Source: a virus
Reading direction: 5' to 3' (one strand)
UHGV virus genome: UHGV-1357271
DNA: 47,531 bases
Part shown: piece by piece, positions 24,370 through 33,672 of the stretch
Position numbering within the stretch: position 1 is the first letter of the stretch
How the letters are laid out: each line of letters begins with the position of its first letter
Notes under the pieces: generated by a model
The model's input: only the letters and a program-made list of their open reading frames with translations
Told to the model about the DNA's origin: nothing
Database searches by the model: none
Program-made: the position numbers and the translations under genes

Positions 24370-24950
24370 AAAGGTGGAAATATCGGAAGGGTTGCGAGAA
24401 TGATTTTGATGGTCATAACTCAGCGGTTCTTGTGGTTAAGTCAGGGCATACCGGTGAAGTTTACTGTCTAGGTCGCTATTATGCTGGTCGCATTAGTGAG
24501 ATCGAAGCATTAGGAGATATTGTTATTGCATACCGAGAGCCAATTACCGATGAGCAAGACCTCAACGAATGTATTGGCGCTCCTGAAGCAGATGTGAAGC
24601 GAGGTGGCTTTATTCCCAACACAACATTTGTTGGCGATTTCTTGCCTGAAGGGTATCCGATTTTTGGTCATCCCAATTGCCGATGCAAGGCAGTTAAGGT
24701 TGGAGAACTTCACACAGATGGGAAATGGCATGAGGCGCAACTTGGAAACAAATACCTTCGCGAGATTAAGCCGGGTATATTTGTTGACGTGTACGATGTG
24801 CTCATGGCGTGGAATGTCACCAACCCAGCATTGCAGCACTTAATCAAGAAGGCATTGCAAGCTGGCGAGCGCGGACACAAATCACGCGAACAGGATTTAC
24901 AGGACATCATTGATAGCGCAATTCGCGCAAGAGAACTGGAGAGTCAGTAA
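24366..24950 (+). CDS. hypothetical protein (~194 aa)
   Basis: Coupled ORF. The start MKRWKY has a GGAGAG SD. Confidence 0.45.
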   Translation: MKRWKYRKGCENDFDGHNSAVLVVKSGHTGEVYCLGRYYAGRISEIEALGDIVIAYREPITDEQDLNECIGAPEADVKRGGFIPNTTFVGDFLPEGYPIFGHPNCRCKAVKVGELHTDGKWHEAQLGNKYLREIKPGIFVDVYDVLMAWNVTNPALQHLIKKALQAGERGHKSREQDLQDIIDSAIRARELESQ

Positions 24951-25162
24951 TGCAAACACAGAAAGAACTTGAGATGGTGTATCTTCATGTTGAGCAGGTT
25001 AATGGCAGAACAATGATTGTCGATCAGGACGGACGCAGGGTTGCTGGCGTGGTTAACTTCCATCTCGACGCATCTTTTGATGGAGTATCCACAATCACTG
25101 CAACAATCGAATCGGCAATATATGGCGAAAACGGCAAAATCCATATCACTACAGGAGCATAA
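24950..25162 (+). CDS. hypothetical protein (70 aa)
   Basis: Coupled ORF. Confidence 0.4.
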   Translation: MQTQKELEMVYLHVEQVNGRTMIVDQDGRRVAGVVNFHLDASFDGVSTITATIESAIYGENGKIHITTGA

Positions 25163-25163
25163 A

Positions 25164-25472
25164 ATGGCATTCTGCGATATCACAATCGCGCAGCGAAACG
25201 CGAACTACACCAACATTGCTGACACATCCGCACAACTTGTATCACTTAACAGTGACGGTAGCGCAGTGCTAAAAATCGGCACAGAAACGGCGCAATTCAT
25301 CGTGCAGAATCTGTCGCAGGCAAACGCAAAGCAGGTATTGATCAGCACAGGTAGCGTTCTGTTTCTGGCTGGCAATTACAATGCACCGAATCTTGAGTGT
25401 TCACTGGTGCGCATCGTTGAAACTGCGGTTGAGGAATCTGTTAATGAGCCAACAACATTGCCAGCAGAGTGA
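25164..25472 (+). CDS. hypothetical protein (102 aa)
   Basis: CAGGAG SD before MAFCDITIAQ. Confidence 0.4.
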   Translation: MAFCDITIAQRNANYTNIADTSAQLVSLNSDGSAVLKIGTETAQFIVQNLSQANAKQVLISTGSVLFLAGNYNAPNLECSLVRIVETAVEESVNEPTTLPAE

Positions 25473-25593
25473 ACCATCTGCCTACATCGTTACGGATAAC
25501 CGAGGCAAACGCTATCTTGTGTTTTCTGGTAGCGTTGAGCATCAGAATGCAATTATGTTTGGGTATGAAATTAAACCACTGTATGAGGAATGA
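25444..25593 (+). CDS. hypothetical protein (49 aa)
   Basis: GAGGAA SD. Sequence MSQQHCQQSE... Confidence 0.3.
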   Translation: MSQQHCQQSEPSAYIVTDNRGKRYLVFSGSVEHQNAIMFGYEIKPLYEE

Positions 25594-25595
25594 AT

Positions 25596-25757
25596 ATGGA
25601 TGCTTATGATGAATTAATGGCTGCTCTTGGTTACTACTTTGGCGACGGCGAGATACCGGCCAGTGAAGAATCTATCAGGGAAATTATTGGTCAGGAGCAT
25701 GATCCAATACAAACCATTGCAGAAGCTCTTGATGAATATCGTGAGCGAGCAAAGTAA
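25596..25757 (+). CDS. hypothetical acidic protein (53 aa)
   Basis: GAGGAA SD. Followed by a terminator. Confidence 0.35.
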   Translation: MDAYDELMAALGYYFGDGEIPASEESIREIIGQEHDPIQTIAEALDEYRERAK

Positions 25758-25790
25758 ACACAAGCCCCATTACGGGGCTTTTTTATTGCG
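25758..25790. terminator. bidirectional terminator
   Basis: The sequence acaagccccattacggggcttttttatt. Confidence 0.7.
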
Positions 25791-26261
25791 CAGAGAGTTA
25801 TATTGCGCCTCACATGCTAATCCTGCTTCTCTTGCCATGTCAGCGTAATCTGCCAGTTGTCGATTTCTTTCGACAGATACCGTGAGCACGTCTCCAAGCA
25901 AAACTCCGGTATCTGCGGCTGGATTGCCAATGGGCTCAGCGGCGGAATATCCGACGAGTTGCTTGCGGATGTTTGCGAGTTGTTGCTGCAACCTACCAGA
26001 CTTAGCGGCAGCATTAACAGCATCATTGCGCGCAGCATCAATCCTTTGCTGTGCGTCGGCCTGAATCTTTTGCAGTTCTGCATTGCGTCGTTGCTCCTCT
26101 TTTTTGTCTGCTGCCTTCTGGTCTTCGATTGCTTGAGCCTTGCCTTCTGCGTACCGCTGGTCGCCATAGCTGATGATTTCGTTACGCACCCACAGCGCAC
26201 CAGCAGCAACAATTATAATAATTGCCAGCGGTCGCCAGTATTTAGCGAGAATCGACATCAT
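25770..26261 (-). CDS. i-spanin (Rz-like)
   Basis: N-terminal TM (LAIIIIVAAGALWV). Coiled-coil, Q/A-rich periplasmic domain. Last gene of the lysis cassette. Confidence 0.6.
   Translation of the reverse strand: MMSILAKYWRPLAIIIIVAAGALWVRNEIISYGDQRYAEGKAQAIEDQKAADKKEEQRRNAELQKIQADAQQRIDAARNDAVNAAAKSGRLQQQLANIRKQLVGYSAAEPIGNPAADTGVLLGDVLTVSVERNRQLADYADMAREAGLACEAQYNSLRNKKAP
25817..26038 (-). CDS. o-spanin (Rz1-like), embedded in the +1 frame of the i-spanin
   Basis: Lipobox LSLVGC|S, a Pro-rich mature domain and a C-terminal Cys. Located entirely inside the Rz-like gene. Confidence 0.55.
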   Translation of the reverse strand: MLRAMMLLMLPLSLVGCSNNSQTSASNSSDIPPLSPLAIQPQIPEFCLETCSRYLSKEIDNWQITLTWQEKQD

Positions 26262-26481
26262 TGCGCAGCCTCCGGTTTTCTTTCCTCATGCCGTGCATCT
26301 TACCAAGGATGCCAACCAGCATGATTGAGTAGCTCACCCCTTTAACCACGATTGGCGGCAGCGCCGCTTTCAGGTCGTCCGGCATCATTACCCATACATG
26401 CATCATTGCATCAGGCCATAACTGCAACAGCGAGCAGAATGAAATCCACGCACCGAGCAGCCAGTTGCTTAGCTTTTTCAT
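26242..26481 (-). CDS. holin-like protein (2 TM, charged C-terminus)
   Basis: Two hydrophobic helices and a basic tail. Position between the endolysin and the spanins. Confidence 0.4.
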   Translation of the reverse strand: MKKLSNWLLGAWISFCSLLQLWPDAMMHVWVMMPDDLKAALPPIVVKGVSYSIMLVGILGKMHGMRKENRRLRNDVDSR

Positions 26482-26942
26482 GCCACAACTCCGCCAGCAT
26501 CCTTGTATACCTGAATCAGCTTATCCAGTTTCTGCTCATGCTGACCATAGCCAGCGCCCGGCAGTGAGGCCCAGCGGGAACGGCATTTATGGATAGCATC
26601 AGCAATGCGACCAGTCTCAACATCGGCGGTGGCTTTGCATTCACGGATTAACTGCATCGCAATGGCGTCCTGTGATGCCGGGGAGAAGTCAGGCAGACGC
26701 AACTGCTTTTTGTACGCGTCATAAAACTTAGCCAGTACCTGATAGCGCCCTGCGGCAGTGGATTTGATGCCCAGCTTGGGCAGGCTAATCAGCTTGCGCG
26801 GGTGGTCGGAGTAGTCAGTAAATAGCGAGCCACCAACAATTACATCATAGCCATGATTATTCGTCTTCTGCCTCACGTTATCCGTACCCTCGCTGTATGC
26901 CAGCATATCCAGAAACGCCTTCATGTTTTTGCTAATAGCCAT
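26478..26942 (-). CDS. endolysin, lambda R-like lytic transglycosylase
   Basis: Near-identical motifs to lambda R: KAFLDMLAYSEGTDN, NHGYDVIVGG, LFTDYSDHPRKL and WASLPGAGYGQ. Confidence 0.9.
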   Translation of the reverse strand: MAISKNMKAFLDMLAYSEGTDNVRQKTNNHGYDVIVGGSLFTDYSDHPRKLISLPKLGIKSTAAGRYQVLAKFYDAYKKQLRLPDFSPASQDAIAMQLIRECKATADVETGRIADAIHKCRSRWASLPGAGYGQHEQKLDKLIQVYKDAGGVVA

Positions 26943-27210
26943 ACCAGTAAACCTCTTTTTCAGCTTTGCGTTTTGCTTTGTCGCCAGTCTTCTCGCCCCA
27001 CACGATGAAATGCGCAACAGCACATGAGAAGCAGCGTAGATTATGTTTCTTTAGAAGCGTTGATCTGCGGAAAGCGTCAATGCCAATGTCGGCGGCAAGG
27101 CTTGTAAGTGCATCGAACTGATTCTGCGTTGTCTCGGTGGTGATGTAAGGCGATACATCCACGGCATCAGTAACTCCAAGCGTCTCCATGCCGCGTTGCG
27201 ATAGTTTCAT
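26932..27210 (-). CDS. hypothetical protein (92 aa) upstream of the endolysin
   Basis: First gene after a TGATAGAAT extended -10 promoter. Not obviously hydrophobic. Confidence 0.35.
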   Translation of the reverse strand: MKLSQRGMETLGVTDAVDVSPYITTETTQNQFDALTSLAADIGIDAFRRSTLLKKHNLRCFSCAVAHFIVWGEKTGDKAKRKAEKEVYWYGY

Positions 27211-27253
27211 ACTGCCTCCTGTTCAATAATGATTAATTCTATCACAATGACTA

Positions 27254-27291
27254 TTGACGTAGATTTAGTGGTGGTGCATAGTATCTACATC
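27254..27291. promoter_or_regulatory. divergent promoter/operator
   Basis: TTGACG at 27254-27259 with GTAGAT directly after it, a 17-nt spacer, then CATAGT. Inverted ATCTACATC at 27283-27291. Leftward extended -10 TGATAGAAT on the minus strand. Confidence 0.45.
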
Positions 27292-27314
27292 AGATGATGA
27301 GTGAGGTGATGAAG

Positions 27315-27476
27315 ATGAATCCACGGAATATTACTTTTTACAGCGAGTCAGACCCGAAAGCTGCAAAGGTTGCCAACAAAAAAGCAAAGGTGAAGCAATT
27401 GATGGCTGCCGGCAACACAAAGAAAGCAGCTCAATGCATGGTCAAAGAAATGAAATGGATGGTCGCAAAATGGTAG
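27315..27476 (+). CDS. small basic protein (53 aa)
   Basis: Leader AGTGAGGTGATGAAGATG identical to the leader at 45028-45045. Confidence 0.4.
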   Translation: MNPRNITFYSESDPKAAKVANKKAKVKQLMAAGNTKKAAQCMVKEMKWMVAKW

Positions 27477-27614
27477 TGGTCAAATTCAAAGAAACAGGAT
27501 GCCGCAGGATGTTCAACCTTGAGCAAGTCAAAATCCGTCCGTGCGGGAAAGCGGTTGCGCCATTTGGTCTGGTGCAGATGCGTGAGTGTGAAATTATTGA
27601 ATATGTTAAGTGAG
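27471..27614 (+). CDS. hypothetical protein (47 aa)
   Basis: Overlapping starts and stops on both sides. Weak SD. Confidence 0.25.
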
Positions 27615-27621
27615 GTTGATG

Positions 27622-27918
27622 ATGGAAGACTTAAAATACACGCGTGGAAAATGGGAGGTTGTTGTTGGTGATGATAACGCTCCAGATGTTATCTCGGATA
27701 TTGGTGTCGAGGTTGCATTCACTCCAACATACAACGGTGACAAAACCGAGCAATGGCATAACGCAAAATTAATCGCAGCGTCACCGGAACTACTATCAGC
27801 ACTCCAGCAGCTACTGGAAATATACGACGACCAATCCGGCAAAGTCTGGACAACATCAAGCAAGCGTCGCGCTCTGGATAATGCGCGTGCGGCGGTTAAT
27901 AAGGCATTAGGAGAATAA
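27622..27918 (+). CDS. hypothetical protein, paralog of 15468..15749
   Basis: GAGGTTGA SD. Shares the motifs of the first copy. Confidence 0.5.
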   Translation: MEDLKYTRGKWEVVVGDDNAPDVISDIGVEVAFTPTYNGDKTEQWHNAKLIAASPELLSALQQLLEIYDDQSGKVWTTSSKRRALDNARAAVNKALGE

Positions 27919-27920
27919 TT

Positions 27921-28145
27921 ATGTGGCTTGTATTTAATGTTGGTTGTATCGAATGTGGCGTTTCATCAAATGTTGTTGCTGTTTATCCAACTGAACATGA
28001 AGCCGATGCTGTTGCAGCAAAACTAAATGAAAAATTCTCATGGCGACAGGGTGGCCAAAACTCTTATGAGGTGTTCGAACTAAATAAAGCATATGAAGTT
28101 AGTGATGAATACAAAGGAGTTCTTTTTGATGGAGAAGCAAAATGA
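27921..28145 (+). CDS. hypothetical protein (74 aa)
   Basis: Coupled ORF. Confidence 0.4.
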   Translation: MWLVFNVGCIECGVSSNVVAVYPTEHEADAVAAKLNEKFSWRQGGQNSYEVFELNKAYEVSDEYKGVLFDGEAK

Positions 28146-28711
28146 AACTTATCGACCTGTTAGTTCAGGAACTACCTAAGCGTGGTGGGTGGCCTGAGGG
28201 TGTAGACAGCATTCATCAAGACCACGATGGAGAGATTTATGCGTGGACCGGATCACAAGCTAAGTTGCTGTTTAGGACTGGCATTATTGCGGATAATTGC
28301 AGGCCATACGGATTAGATGAGTCCATTGAGAATATGGTAACTCGCAATCAATACAAATCCGTGTTCGCCTTGTCACAAAAGCCAGCATGGAACGGAGAAG
28401 GCGTCCCGCCAGTGGGGTGCAAGTGTGAGTGCTCGTGGGCTGGTGATGAATGGCGACCATGCAAAATACTTTTCACAAGTAATCAACTTGTTGTAGTTAA
28501 GCTAAAAGGAAGTGACATAGAGTATGCCTACAACATTGGCGACATCACATTTCGCCAACTACGAACAGAAGCAGAAAGGAAGCGCGATGCAGCAGTAGAA
28601 GCAATGCAGAGAGAAGCTGACGAGGGTGACAGCTGGATTTATAGCGAATACGAAATCATTTACGACGCCATTGCAGCAGGCAAAATTCCCGGCGTGAAAC
28701 TGGATGATTGA
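28142..28711 (+). CDS. hypothetical protein (189 aa)
   Basis: Coupled ORF. Confidence 0.45.
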   Translation: MKLIDLLVQELPKRGGWPEGVDSIHQDHDGEIYAWTGSQAKLLFRTGIIADNCRPYGLDESIENMVTRNQYKSVFALSQKPAWNGEGVPPVGCKCECSWAGDEWRPCKILFTSNQLVVVKLKGSDIEYAYNIGDITFRQLRTEAERKRDAAVEAMQREADEGDSWIYSEYEIIYDAIAAGKIPGVKLDD

Positions 28712-28712
28712 C

Positions 28713-28916
28713 ATGAATAAGAATACAAAAGAATCCATTTTGGCGATATTAATAATTATTTCCGCATTTCTTTCTGGTTACTTCGTGGGGGATTCTTCCG
28801 GCTACAACAGAGGACTTTCTGAGGGGGTAACAATATCAAAAGGAGACAAGTGGGATTGCTCATATAGCGACTTAACTGGATTCATGATGTGCGACAGAAC
28901 ACCAAAATACAAGTAA
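28713..28916 (+). CDS. membrane-anchored small protein (N-terminal TM)
   Basis: Hydrophobic ILAILIIISAFLSGYFVG segment. Confidence 0.4.
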   Translation: MNKNTKESILAILIIISAFLSGYFVGDSSGYNRGLSEGVTISKGDKWDCSYSDLTGFMMCDRTPKYK

Positions 28917-28950
28917 ATAACAAGCCGCCATCAGGCGGCTTTCTTGTGCG
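28917..28950. terminator. bidirectional terminator
   Basis: The sequence aagccgccatcaggcggctttctt. Confidence 0.65.
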
Positions 28951-29883
28951 CTCCCTGCCATGCTTCCCGCTGCTTATCGAGCCTTTCCTGCGTCTTCTCA
29001 AGTATCACAGGCTTGCCATCCATCACCAGCGCTGGAACCTGCGAACAGTGACAATTCCTGCGGTTTGCGCCCTCACTGTAGAACTCATCAATCTCTTCCG
29101 GCGTGTAAAACCGCCCATGTCTCGCTGCGTGCGTCTGGCGGGTTGTGCGCATCAATGCCGATTGCCATAGCATCACCGTCTCAATGCCTAACTCCTCTCG
29201 CGCCTCAATGACTTCTCGCCTGTTGGCCTGACGCAGCGTGCCGGTGATTTCAGTCTGCGCTATCTGTTTCGCGTAACTGTGTGACACATCAACACGCTTA
29301 ACGATGTCAGCTTCAACATCGCGAGGGTTAGCGCCACGGGCAATGCCTTCCATGATTACAGATGCAAGCTGTTGGCGGGAATAATCACTCAATCCTCGCC
29401 AGTCGGAATAACCTTGTGTGTACGCCAGCTGGAGCCGGTTCAGATAAGGCTCACTGTAGAGTATCGCAGCAATCGGCCTCTGCTCCGCATAAACCGGAGA
29501 CAGGCTTGATAGTTCTGAGTTAGCCTTCTGCGTGCCAGCCTGATACGCATCGCCGATAAACACATTAGCCCACATCCTGCCGTGACCGAAATCATCACCT
29601 TCAAGCAGGATTTCGTCAATCAGCGCCTGCAATTCATCCATGAACGTGGCGGCGCGCGCACTGCTGAAATCGTAGAAATACAGGTCACTTGATTCTGCAT
29701 TAGTCTGACTATGCGGAATGGTGCGGAACAACCCAAGAGCACGATTCCTGAGTTGCTTATATTTGCGCGTTATCACCCTGTCCATCTTCGACAGGCGAGT
29801 CGCAGCGCCTAACGGGTCGGTCAGGCTCTGCGATATGCGCGGCTGGGGAAGTCTTGCGTTAAACCGGAGTATCTTCATTTTCA
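28931..29883 (-). CDS. head morphogenesis protein (Mu F / SPP1 gp7-like), 317 aa
   Basis: Immediately downstream of the portal. Its start overlaps the last 8 portal codons. The N-terminal part of the track ORF is read-through. Confidence 0.45.
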
Positions 29884-31271
29884 TCTTCCGGTGGTGTGTC
29901 TTCGCGGTAGCTTTCGTCGAGTTCAATCGGGTCCATGCCAACCATGCCGCGCGCTTCATCCACGGTAAGCAACGCAGACTGACCAGCATCGAAGAAAGAC
30001 TTGTTAGCAGTGGCGAGTTTAGCCAGCAACTCGGCTTTATCCAGCTCTGACGGTGCCAGCAGGTCATCCCACTTAACCTTGTAGCCATTTGCCGGGGCTT
30101 TATCGACAATGCCGAACTGAATCATGCGTTCAACGAACATTGAAATAACGTAATCCACCCACGTTTCGCGGCGCTGCTTGGCGGTCATCGCCTCCTGCGT
30201 CTTGTCCTCATCACTCGCAAGGCGTCCGGTCTGCTGCCCAAAAATGACGGTGAACGGAAGCGCCATTGATGCAGCGAACTGGTTGGCTGCCACCTCCCAT
30301 GTAGGTTTCGGGTCGGCTGGAGTCACAGCGAGAACCTTTGCATCCGCGCCCATTGTAAACATGGCACTGTCGATTCCTGAGTTCAACGCCTCAATGTTCT
30401 CATTCATGATGTCGGTTAACTCTTCAATATCGACACCCATTGACTGCGCGAGACTTGCTGGCGTTACGTTATCCTTCGTGTAGTTAACAGCCAGTTGGCG
30501 GCTGGCGTTCTTCAGGAATCCCTCTGCGGAGCTGCCAGAAACCTTCGCCATGTCGATGAGGCTGTTGTAGCCAGCACGCAGCATCGGGATGCCGCTGAAC
30601 ATACTGCCATCGAAGCTGCCCTCTGCCAGAATGATGATGCGGTCAGGGTGAATCTGTACGGAACGCTCAGGCTTGCCGTCGCTGTCGAAGTCTTCCACGG
30701 CGCTCTCCTGATATTCGTACATCTCAGGCATTCCGTAGTCTTCGCTGGTTTCGTCGTTATTCCACGCACTGACGCGAAGTTGCTCCTCCCATACAGGAAT
30801 GAATCGCACAATGGATTTGTCTTTAATGCGGCGGGTTTTGGTGGTGTCTACCGGCTCACTCCACTGCTTGCTATCGCGGATTTGCAGGATGACGGCGGAA
30901 TAACGGTTGATGGCGTTGCGCTTGTCGGCCTCCTTAATGAACGGATAGGCACGCTTCATCATGTCGTTGATGGACAGCTCCCACGGCGTTGAGTTCTTAT
31001 CATCCTCGCCATCTTCAACAACTTCCGGGTATTTCTGCCAACATTTATTAATAATGCGGTTAATACCGGCTGCGGCAGCTGGATGTCTCTCGTAGGCATA
31101 GCGGAACATCTCGGCGGTAATTTCCTGCGGGTAGCCAAGCTCCTTCCACATGAACTCACGTTTCTGGTCCAGATTCTTCCCTCCAGCGCAAAGCCGTTGT
31201 TGCTGAAGCGCCCGGTTATTGTTCGCCACGCGGTCGCGAATATAGGCGTTTAGTGCATCAATTTTTGACAT
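29859..31271 (-). CDS. portal protein (470 aa)
   Basis: Size. Acidic C-terminus. Position between terminase and the head morphogenesis gene. Confidence 0.65.
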   Translation of the reverse strand: MSKIDALNAYIRDRVANNNRALQQQRLCAGGKNLDQKREFMWKELGYPQEITAEMFRYAYERHPAAAAGINRIINKCWQKYPEVVEDGEDDKNSTPWELSINDMMKRAYPFIKEADKRNAINRYSAVILQIRDSKQWSEPVDTTKTRRIKDKSIVRFIPVWEEQLRVSAWNNDETSEDYGMPEMYEYQESAVEDFDSDGKPERSVQIHPDRIIILAEGSFDGSMFSGIPMLRAGYNSLIDMAKVSGSSAEGFLKNASRQLAVNYTKDNVTPASLAQSMGVDIEELTDIMNENIEALNSGIDSAMFTMGADAKVLAVTPADPKPTWEVAANQFAASMALPFTVIFGQQTGRLASDEDKTQEAMTAKQRRETWVDYVISMFVERMIQFGIVDKAPANGYKVKWDDLLAPSELDKAELLAKLATANKSFFDAGQSALLTVDEARGMVGMDPIELDESYREDTPPEDENEDTPV

Positions 31272-31303
31272 ATGTCACCAATAAAAAATCCCTCACGATG
31301 GAG
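31272..31303 (-). terminator. terminator upstream of the portal
   Basis: On the minus strand: aatccctccatcgtgagggatt followed by ttttatt. Confidence 0.5.
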
Positions 31304-31355
31304 GGATTATAGCATGATGGTAATGTTGATTATGATGCTCGTGGCGCTGGTGTAA

Positions 31356-31550
31356 TTACTCCTTACCAACAACACCAGACCTCATCCACTGATTAAACGC
31401 GTAACACTCAATCCTGTCACCACTTACGACTTGATGGCATCGTGCAACCAATTTAGCTCTATTGCTGCGTAACCCATGATTATTCCATACATCTTCAACA
31501 CGCTTCCTGGCTGCAATAGAATATTCGTGAACCTCTTTTCTTGTCATCAC
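31356..31550 (-). CDS. hypothetical protein (64 aa)
   Basis: Coupled ORF. Confidence 0.3.
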   Translation of the reverse strand: MMTRKEVHEYSIAARKRVEDVWNNHGLRSNRAKLVARCHQVVSGDRIECYAFNQWMRSGVVGKE

Positions 31551-31741
31551 TCCACCTTTTCGAATTTATCGATGACAACATTACGTCCGCGATTCACTAA
31601 TTCCATGACTTTCTCGTTGCCGTGGAATAACTTCCCAGCCGTGAAAGCATCAGGAGCAACAATAACATCACTCACCCTGCCAATAACGGAACCATCTGAT
31701 GCCAACTCAACTTCAGCATGAATAAAATAAACGCTCATCAC
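31547..31741 (-). CDS. hypothetical protein (64 aa)
   Basis: Coupled ORF. Confidence 0.3.
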   Translation of the reverse strand: MMSVYFIHAEVELASDGSVIGRVSDVIVAPDAFTAGKLFHGNEKVMELVNRGRNVVIDKFEKVE

Positions 31742-31750
31742 TCAATCTCC

Positions 31751-32044
31751 TCACCAATTAATTTCATCCCGGCAAATCTTGATCACGCAATCAATCTTGT
31801 TTGCATTAAAGTGGATATCTTTAAATGCAGCCTCTACACTTTGATAAGTACCGTTATTTCTGCGAACACCCAACTTCTTAGCAATAACCATTGATTCACC
31901 AGTCCATGGCACAGCAATCCAATTGCTACCATCAATTAGCACATCACAGCCAAATACCAGTCTATGACGGGATTTACGATGAACATGTAATCCACCGATG
32001 CGCTTTGGTATAATCTGACCTTTCTTAAATAGTTCAATACTCAT
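31751..32044 (-). CDS. hypothetical protein (97 aa)
   Basis: ORF downstream of the leftward promoter. Confidence 0.35.
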   Translation of the reverse strand: MSIELFKKGQIIPKRIGGLHVHRKSRHRLVFGCDVLIDGSNWIAVPWTGESMVIAKKLGVRRNNGTYQSVEAAFKDIHFNANKIDCVIKICRDEINW

Positions 32045-32048
32045 AACA

Positions 32049-32255
32049 TCACCCCCTCAAAAAATCATTCTTGCAGCAGATACCCTTGTACCCGCGCTTC
32101 TCTTGCAGGTTAACGAAGACATCATCCAGAACGCGCAAAAGGAAATCCTCGTCTATGTCATACCGACGACAAATCACCTCATCAGGCACTCCAGCACGCG
32201 CCAGTGAATAAACCTGCTCTTTTTCCTCCTGTGTGAATCCTGCATAGCTGCGCAT
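32049..32255 (-). CDS. hypothetical protein (68 aa)
   Basis: First gene after the leftward promoter TTGACC-N17-TAGTAT. Confidence 0.35.
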   Translation of the reverse strand: MRSYAGFTQEEKEQVYSLARAGVPDEVICRRYDIDEDFLLRVLDDVFVNLQEKRGYKGICCKNDFLRG

Positions 32256-32279
32256 AGTGATATCTCCGATAAGCCTGGT

Positions 32280-32381
32280 GTAGATATACTATGCGCTCGG
32301 TGTAGATTGGTCAAGTGCGGTGACGCAGGTTTATTAACAGTAATAATAAATGTTGACGTAGATATGGTGGTGATGTAGATT
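32280..32381. promoter_or_regulatory. divergent promoters with four direct GTAGAT repeats
   Basis: GTAGAT at 32280, 32302, 32358 and 32375. Leftward promoter TTGACC (reverse complement of 32309-32314), 17-nt spacer, TAGTAT (reverse complement of 32286-32291). Rightward promoter TTGACG at 32353-32358, 17-nt spacer, TAGATT at 32376-32381. Confidence 0.5.
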
Positions 32382-32408
32382 GATGATGAATAACAAACAG
32401 GAGCTAAC

Positions 32409-32873
32409 ATGCTTTCAGTAATTTATATAGCAGCAATATGCGCAGCAAATTTCTCGGTGCATTTCTTTGGACCAGCAATCACTCCAGTAAATGCGTTTCT
32501 GTTTATTGGCCTTGATTTTGTTGTAAGGGATAAGCTGCATGAGAGGATCGGCATCAGGAAAATAATAGTCCTTATATGTATCGCCGGCGTGTTGAGTTAT
32601 TTGATTAACCCAGCCACTGATATGATTGCCATCGCAAGTGTTGCTTCGTTCGCTATCGCAGCTCTAACAGACGCATCTGTATACCAGTTACTAATTAAAA
32701 AACACTGGCTGATAAAGTCCAACTCAAGCAATGTAGCAGCATCAGCTGTTGATTCGGTCATTTTCCCGCTTATTGCCTTCGGTTCTTTTATGCCGCTAGT
32801 TGTCGCTGGTCAATTTGTAGCTAAAGTTTGCGGCGGCGCAGCATGGTCATTAATTTTGAGGAAAGCAAAATGA
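32409..32873 (+). CDS. YhhQ/VUT-family (DUF165) queuosine-precursor transporter-like membrane protein, truncated (154 aa)
   Basis: NVAASAVDSVIFPLIAF and KKHWLIKSNSS align with E. coli YhhQ GNVSDTLAFFFIAF and RRWWLAPTAS. Polytopic. Confidence 0.5.
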   Translation: MLSVIYIAAICAANFSVHFFGPAITPVNAFLFIGLDFVVRDKLHERIGIRKIIVLICIAGVLSYLINPATDMIAIASVASFAIAALTDASVYQLLIKKHWLIKSNSSNVAASAVDSVIFPLIAFGSFMPLVVAGQFVAKVCGGAAWSLILRKAK

Positions 32874-33655
32874 TACATCATTATCACGGTCTGCCGATAT
32901 GGGGTGATGGAGTGATGGAGATTGCAACCAGAGGTAGTGGGGCTTTTGTATCACACGCATGGCCTCAGCAAACCCAAAAAGCACTTGATTCAGCTGGTAG
33001 CGTGGCACTTGATAATGGCGCATTCAGTGCATGGAGAAGTGGGAAGCCAGTGAAGGACTGGACTCCATTTTACCAGTGGCTTATGAGGCACTACCACAAT
33101 GAGAAACTTGAATTTTTCATTATTCCAGACGTAATTGATGGAAATGAGGAAGACAACGACAAACTCATTGACAGTCTGCCATTAATGTTTAAAGAGAAAG
33201 CCGTTCCTACATGGCACCTGCATGAATCAATAGACAGGCTTGTCAGGTTATGCGAAGAGTGGCCCAAGGTGTGCTTTGGGTCATCAGGCGAGTATGCTGT
33301 GATAAGAACCAAGCGCTGGCACGAAAGAATGACGGAAGCGTTCACAGAAATTTACATCAAAAGAAACCTAAAAACAAAAATTCATGGCTTACGAATGCTT
33401 GACGGAAGAGTTCTTGGTAACTACCCACTACACACGGCTGACAGCACAAATCTTGCGTGCAACGTGCCAAAATTTGACAAGAAGTACCCTGAATTAACGC
33501 GAGCAATAATTGAGGCGGAATACAGCAAATCTCTTGATGCAAGGGAGTTGAAACAAACAATTCTGAGAGGTAGGGCAGCTGTATTGAAAGGAGCTGTGGA
33601 GAAGGTTAAGCCGCCATCGGTTGAAGAATGGATTCAAAAACAAGCCCTCAGATGA
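32870..33655 (+). CDS. TGT-fold 7-deazaguanine transglycosylase (DpdA-like) candidate
   Basis: Translationally coupled to the transporter (ATGA). ALDNGAFSAW resembles the TGT catalytic LTDSGGFQ region. 261 aa. Confidence 0.4.
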   Translation: MIHHYHGLPIWGDGVMEIATRGSGAFVSHAWPQQTQKALDSAGSVALDNGAFSAWRSGKPVKDWTPFYQWLMRHYHNEKLEFFIIPDVIDGNEEDNDKLIDSLPLMFKEKAVPTWHLHESIDRLVRLCEEWPKVCFGSSGEYAVIRTKRWHERMTEAFTEIYIKRNLKTKIHGLRMLDGRVLGNYPLHTADSTNLACNVPKFDKKYPELTRAIIEAEYSKSLDARELKQTILRGRAAVLKGAVEKVKPPSVEEWIQKQALR

Positions 33656-33672
33656 GGGCTTTATTTTTATCG
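33636..33672. terminator. bidirectional terminator
   Basis: The sequence aagccctcagatgagggctttatttttat lies between convergent genes. Confidence 0.7.
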
